Made by a program: the position numbers and the translations under genes
Assembly: GCA_044225505.1 (NCBI GenBank)
Contig: JBGAIN010000059.1
Coordinates: forward strand, 1 to 42,175
DNA length: 42,175 bases
Direction of reading: 5' to 3'
Source: Limisphaerales bacterium
GTDB lineage: Bacteria > Verrucomicrobiota > Verrucomicrobiia > Limisphaerales > SIBE01
Notes under the pieces: generated by a model
Seen by the model: only the letters and a program-made list of their open reading frames with translations
Databases searched by the model: none
Told to the model about the DNA's origin: nothing
Part shown: piece after piece, positions 40,091 to 42,175 of the stretch
Position numbering within the stretch: the first letter of the stretch is position 1
Layout of the letters: each line of letters opens with the position of its first letter

Positions 40091-40872
40091 TCCGCCTCGT
40101 CGTCGCCAATCAGCGCGGAGGCGTTGGAAAAACCACCGCCGCCGTCAATTACGCTTGGTATCTGGCCCAGCGCGGACGCCGCACCCTACTGATCGACACC
40201 GACAGTCAGGGCTCGATCGGCGTTATGCTCAACCTCAAGCCGAAGCACTATTTCAGTCATTTCCTGGTCAACAAGTTCCACCTGGACGAGTGCACGGTCC
40301 AGGCTGGGGAGAATTTCCACGTTCTTTGCGGCAACAAAGAAACGGTGCAGGCCGAGAGCGCCTTGGCCGGCGCGGTAGTGCGCGAGCTGACCCTCAAAGT
40401 GCTGCTCGAGCCCTACGAAAAGCAGTACGACGCGGTGATCATCGACGTCTCCCCGTCGATCAACCTGCTCCAGACCTGCGCCATGGTTTACGCCCGTAAC
40501 GTATTGATTCCAGTCAACATGGACCTGTTGAGTCTCAACGGAGCCAATGCCGCTTACGACATGATCCGTCTCCTGAACGACTTGATCCGGGCACAGATCA
40601 CCGCCGTCGGTCTGATGCCCTGCCAAGTCGATCAGCGCCTCTCCGTCACCGCCCTGGTTCAGCAAGGCCTCGAAAAGATGTCGGAAATGTTCCAGATTCC
40701 GATCCTCCCGGCCATTCGCACTGACCAGAACGTCAACAAGGCCTTCCGCGCCCGCCGGCCGCTGCTTGAATACGATCCCGGCTCGAAGGCCGCCCAGGAC
40801 TATCTACTGGCTTTTGAACGAATTACCGCCGCCATGGACGACCATGCCGAAACCCAAAAAGCTTCCGCCTGA
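40087..40872 (+). CDS. parA: ParA/Soj family ATPase
   Basis: ANQRGGVGKTT, LLIDTDSQG, YDAVIIDVSPS, IR, AAQDY; ATGA overlap with the HTH gene. Confidence 0.88.
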   Translation: MIRLVVANQRGGVGKTTAAVNYAWYLAQRGRRTLLIDTDSQGSIGVMLNLKPKHYFSHFLVNKFHLDECTVQAGENFHVLCGNKETVQAESALAGAVVRELTLKVLLEPYEKQYDAVIIDVSPSINLLQTCAMVYARNVLIPVNMDLLSLNGANAAYDMIRLLNDLIRAQITAVGLMPCQVDQRLSVTALVQQGLEKMSEMFQIPILPAIRTDQNVNKAFRARRPLLEYDPGSKAAQDYLLAFERITAAMDDHAETQKASA

Positions 40873-41884
40873 ACCGTTTGACGTCGGCGACTTTCTCCGG
40901 CCCACCGACACCGATCTGCGCAGCGCGCTCAGCACGCTGCTGCACGGCGGCCAGGAAGAACCACCAGCCCCAGTCGAGATAGCGGCCCCTGGCAAGCCAG
41001 AGGCCGGTCCTAAATTAGAGCTCCGGACTCAAACTACGGCCGCCGTAAAGGCGCCTCCCCAGCCTGTATCACGAGCCGACTCTAAACTAGCCGCGGCTCC
41101 TAATCCACACCCCGCTCCTGATTTAACTGCCCCAACTAAATCACGAGCGGCCAGCGCCTCAATCTCGCCAGCTACCTTAGGGACCCCGCTCACTACAACA
41201 CCCCCTCCTGCCTTAGCTCCGGAGCCTAAGAAGCGGCAGTTTGCTGTACGCCCCGCCTTGCTCGTCGAAGACGGTCATTCGCGGGCCGAGCAGCAGGTCT
41301 ACGCGCGCCTGTGGGACAACGCCACACCACACGATGACGCCTCCCGCCTGATCACGCTCGGCTTTGCGTCCATGGGCAAGCTCACCGGTCTGTCCGAGAG
41401 CAACGCCCGCATTAACCTCCGCTCTCTCATTCAGAAGCTCGCTGTCGAAGAACACACCACCTACGACTGCGCCGCCAGCCAAGGCCGCACCTATCGCGTC
41501 TTTGAACCCGCCGAAGTCCTGCGCCGCCGCCACGCCGCCGGCTTACGCTGGGTGATGCGACGCACGCTGGCCGTCGTTTTCGTCGATCCCGAATCCAAGC
41601 TCCCCTTGTTTCATAAGGCCGGCCCCGGTTTACCCTCCGGTCCTAACTTAGTTCCGCCAGTTTTATTGACCCAGGCCATTCGCGGTCATCTCCAGCAGTA
41701 CGGCCCGACGGACCCCGCCACCGTCCAGCGCTTTCTCGCCGCCTGCCAGCACGCCAACCCACAGGCGACTCCTGAGCAAATCGCCGCCGCCATTCACGAT
41801 CAAGCGCTTCTCACCGCCGGCATGCCCGCCGCCGAGCGCCTCGCCTTTCTGCTCGACACTGTCCCCGGACGTCTCGAGCACTAG
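40844..41884 (+). CDS. Hypothetical protein with a Pro/Ala-rich linker and a winged-HTH-like domain (possible replication initiator or centromere-binding protein)
   Basis: ATG 40844 overlaps the end of parA. HSRAEQQVYARLW...LGFASMGKLTGLSESNARINLRSLIQKLAVEE...GRTYRVF fits a wHTH pattern. Confidence 0.6.
   Translation: MPKPKKLPPEPFDVGDFLRPTDTDLRSALSTLLHGGQEEPPAPVEIAAPGKPEAGPKLELRTQTTAAVKAPPQPVSRADSKLAAAPNPHPAPDLTAPTKSRAASASISPATLGTPLTTTPPPALAPEPKKRQFAVRPALLVEDGHSRAEQQVYARLWDNATPHDDASRLITLGFASMGKLTGLSESNARINLRSLIQKLAVEEHTTYDCAASQGRTYRVFEPAEVLRRRHAAGLRWVMRRTLAVVFVDPESKLPLFHKAGPGLPSGPNLVPPVLLTQAIRGHLQQYGPTDPATVQRFLAACQHANPQATPEQIAAAIHDQALLTAGMPAAERLAFLLDTVPGRLEH
41006..41239. repeat. Degenerate tandem array of about 13 x 18-bp units (core CCTAA-N-TTAG) inside the wHTH gene
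   Basis: Units include ggtcctaaattagagctc, gactctaaactagccgcg, gctcctaatccacacccc, gctcctgatttaactgcc, ccaactaaatcacgagcg, ccagctaccttagggacc and cctcctgccttagctccg. Another copy, ggtcctaacttagttccg, is at 41639-41656. Confidence 0.6.
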
Positions 41885-41956
41885 CCCGCAAAAGCAGGGC
41901 AGGGAATTCACAGCGGCCCGCGGACTGTCGAAAAGCGTAGGGAGGCCCCGCGCTCA

Positions 41957-42175
41957 ATGCCCGAAATCGACACCCGGCAGTTCGGCACCATCACCTACAC
42001 CTCGGACCGCGTCGTGCACTTCGCCGCCGGTCTGCCCGGCTTCGAAGAATGCCGCGACTTTCTCCTGCACGAAGAGCCCACCATGGCACCCTTCGTTTTT
42101 CTACAAAGCCTCGACGACAGCAATCTCAGCTTTGTCACTCTGCCGGTCGAACGCATCGTTGAGAACTACGAATTG
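41957..42175 (+). CDS. fliW: Flagellar assembly factor FliW, truncated by the window end
   Basis: Hand translation: MPEIDTRQFGTITYTSDRVVHFAAGLPGFEECRDFLL...PFVFLQSLDDSNLSFVTL..., with the FG, GLPGFE and LQS..D..L.F signatures; upstream GGAGG. Confidence 0.88.
   Translation, partial: MPEIDTRQFGTITYTSDRVVHFAAGLPGFEECRDFLLHEEPTMAPFVFLQSLDDSNLSFVTLPVERIVENYEL

Noticed and set aside
41006..41239. CRISPR array
   Set aside because: Units are degenerate, contiguous, lack spacers and lie in frame within a CDS; there are no cas genes.

Overview
GC-rich bacterial window; the gene families and style suggest Acidobacteriota (Bryobacteraceae-like), which is an inference. Bases 1-38191 are a large Wzx/Wzy-type surface or exopolysaccharide locus. 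It holds wecB, a priming sugar transferase, three GT4, two GT2 and one GT-C glycosyltransferase, Wzy, Wzx and an AlgD-like dehydrogenase. Tailoring genes include AsnB, two MBOAT+SGNH O-acylation pairs, OafA, CapK-like, DUF362 and a methyltransferase, plus oxidoreductases, a heparinase II/III-like protein and two secreted proteins. The locus is arranged in 14 alternating-strand blocks and two genes look broken: a GT4 with an in-frame TAA, and DUF362 with an apparent microhomology deletion. Bases 38252-41884 form a compact DNA-maintenance module. A tyrosine recombinase has its promoter lying on a symmetric dif-like site (CATAA-N6-TTATG), a divergent HTH-like gene sits opposite, and an HTH-parA-wHTH operon has no parB but a degenerate 18-bp-period palindromic array inside its last gene. 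The window ends in the 5' part of fliW. The + strand changes from strongly G-rich to strongly C-rich across the window regardless of gene direction, as expected near a replication terminus.
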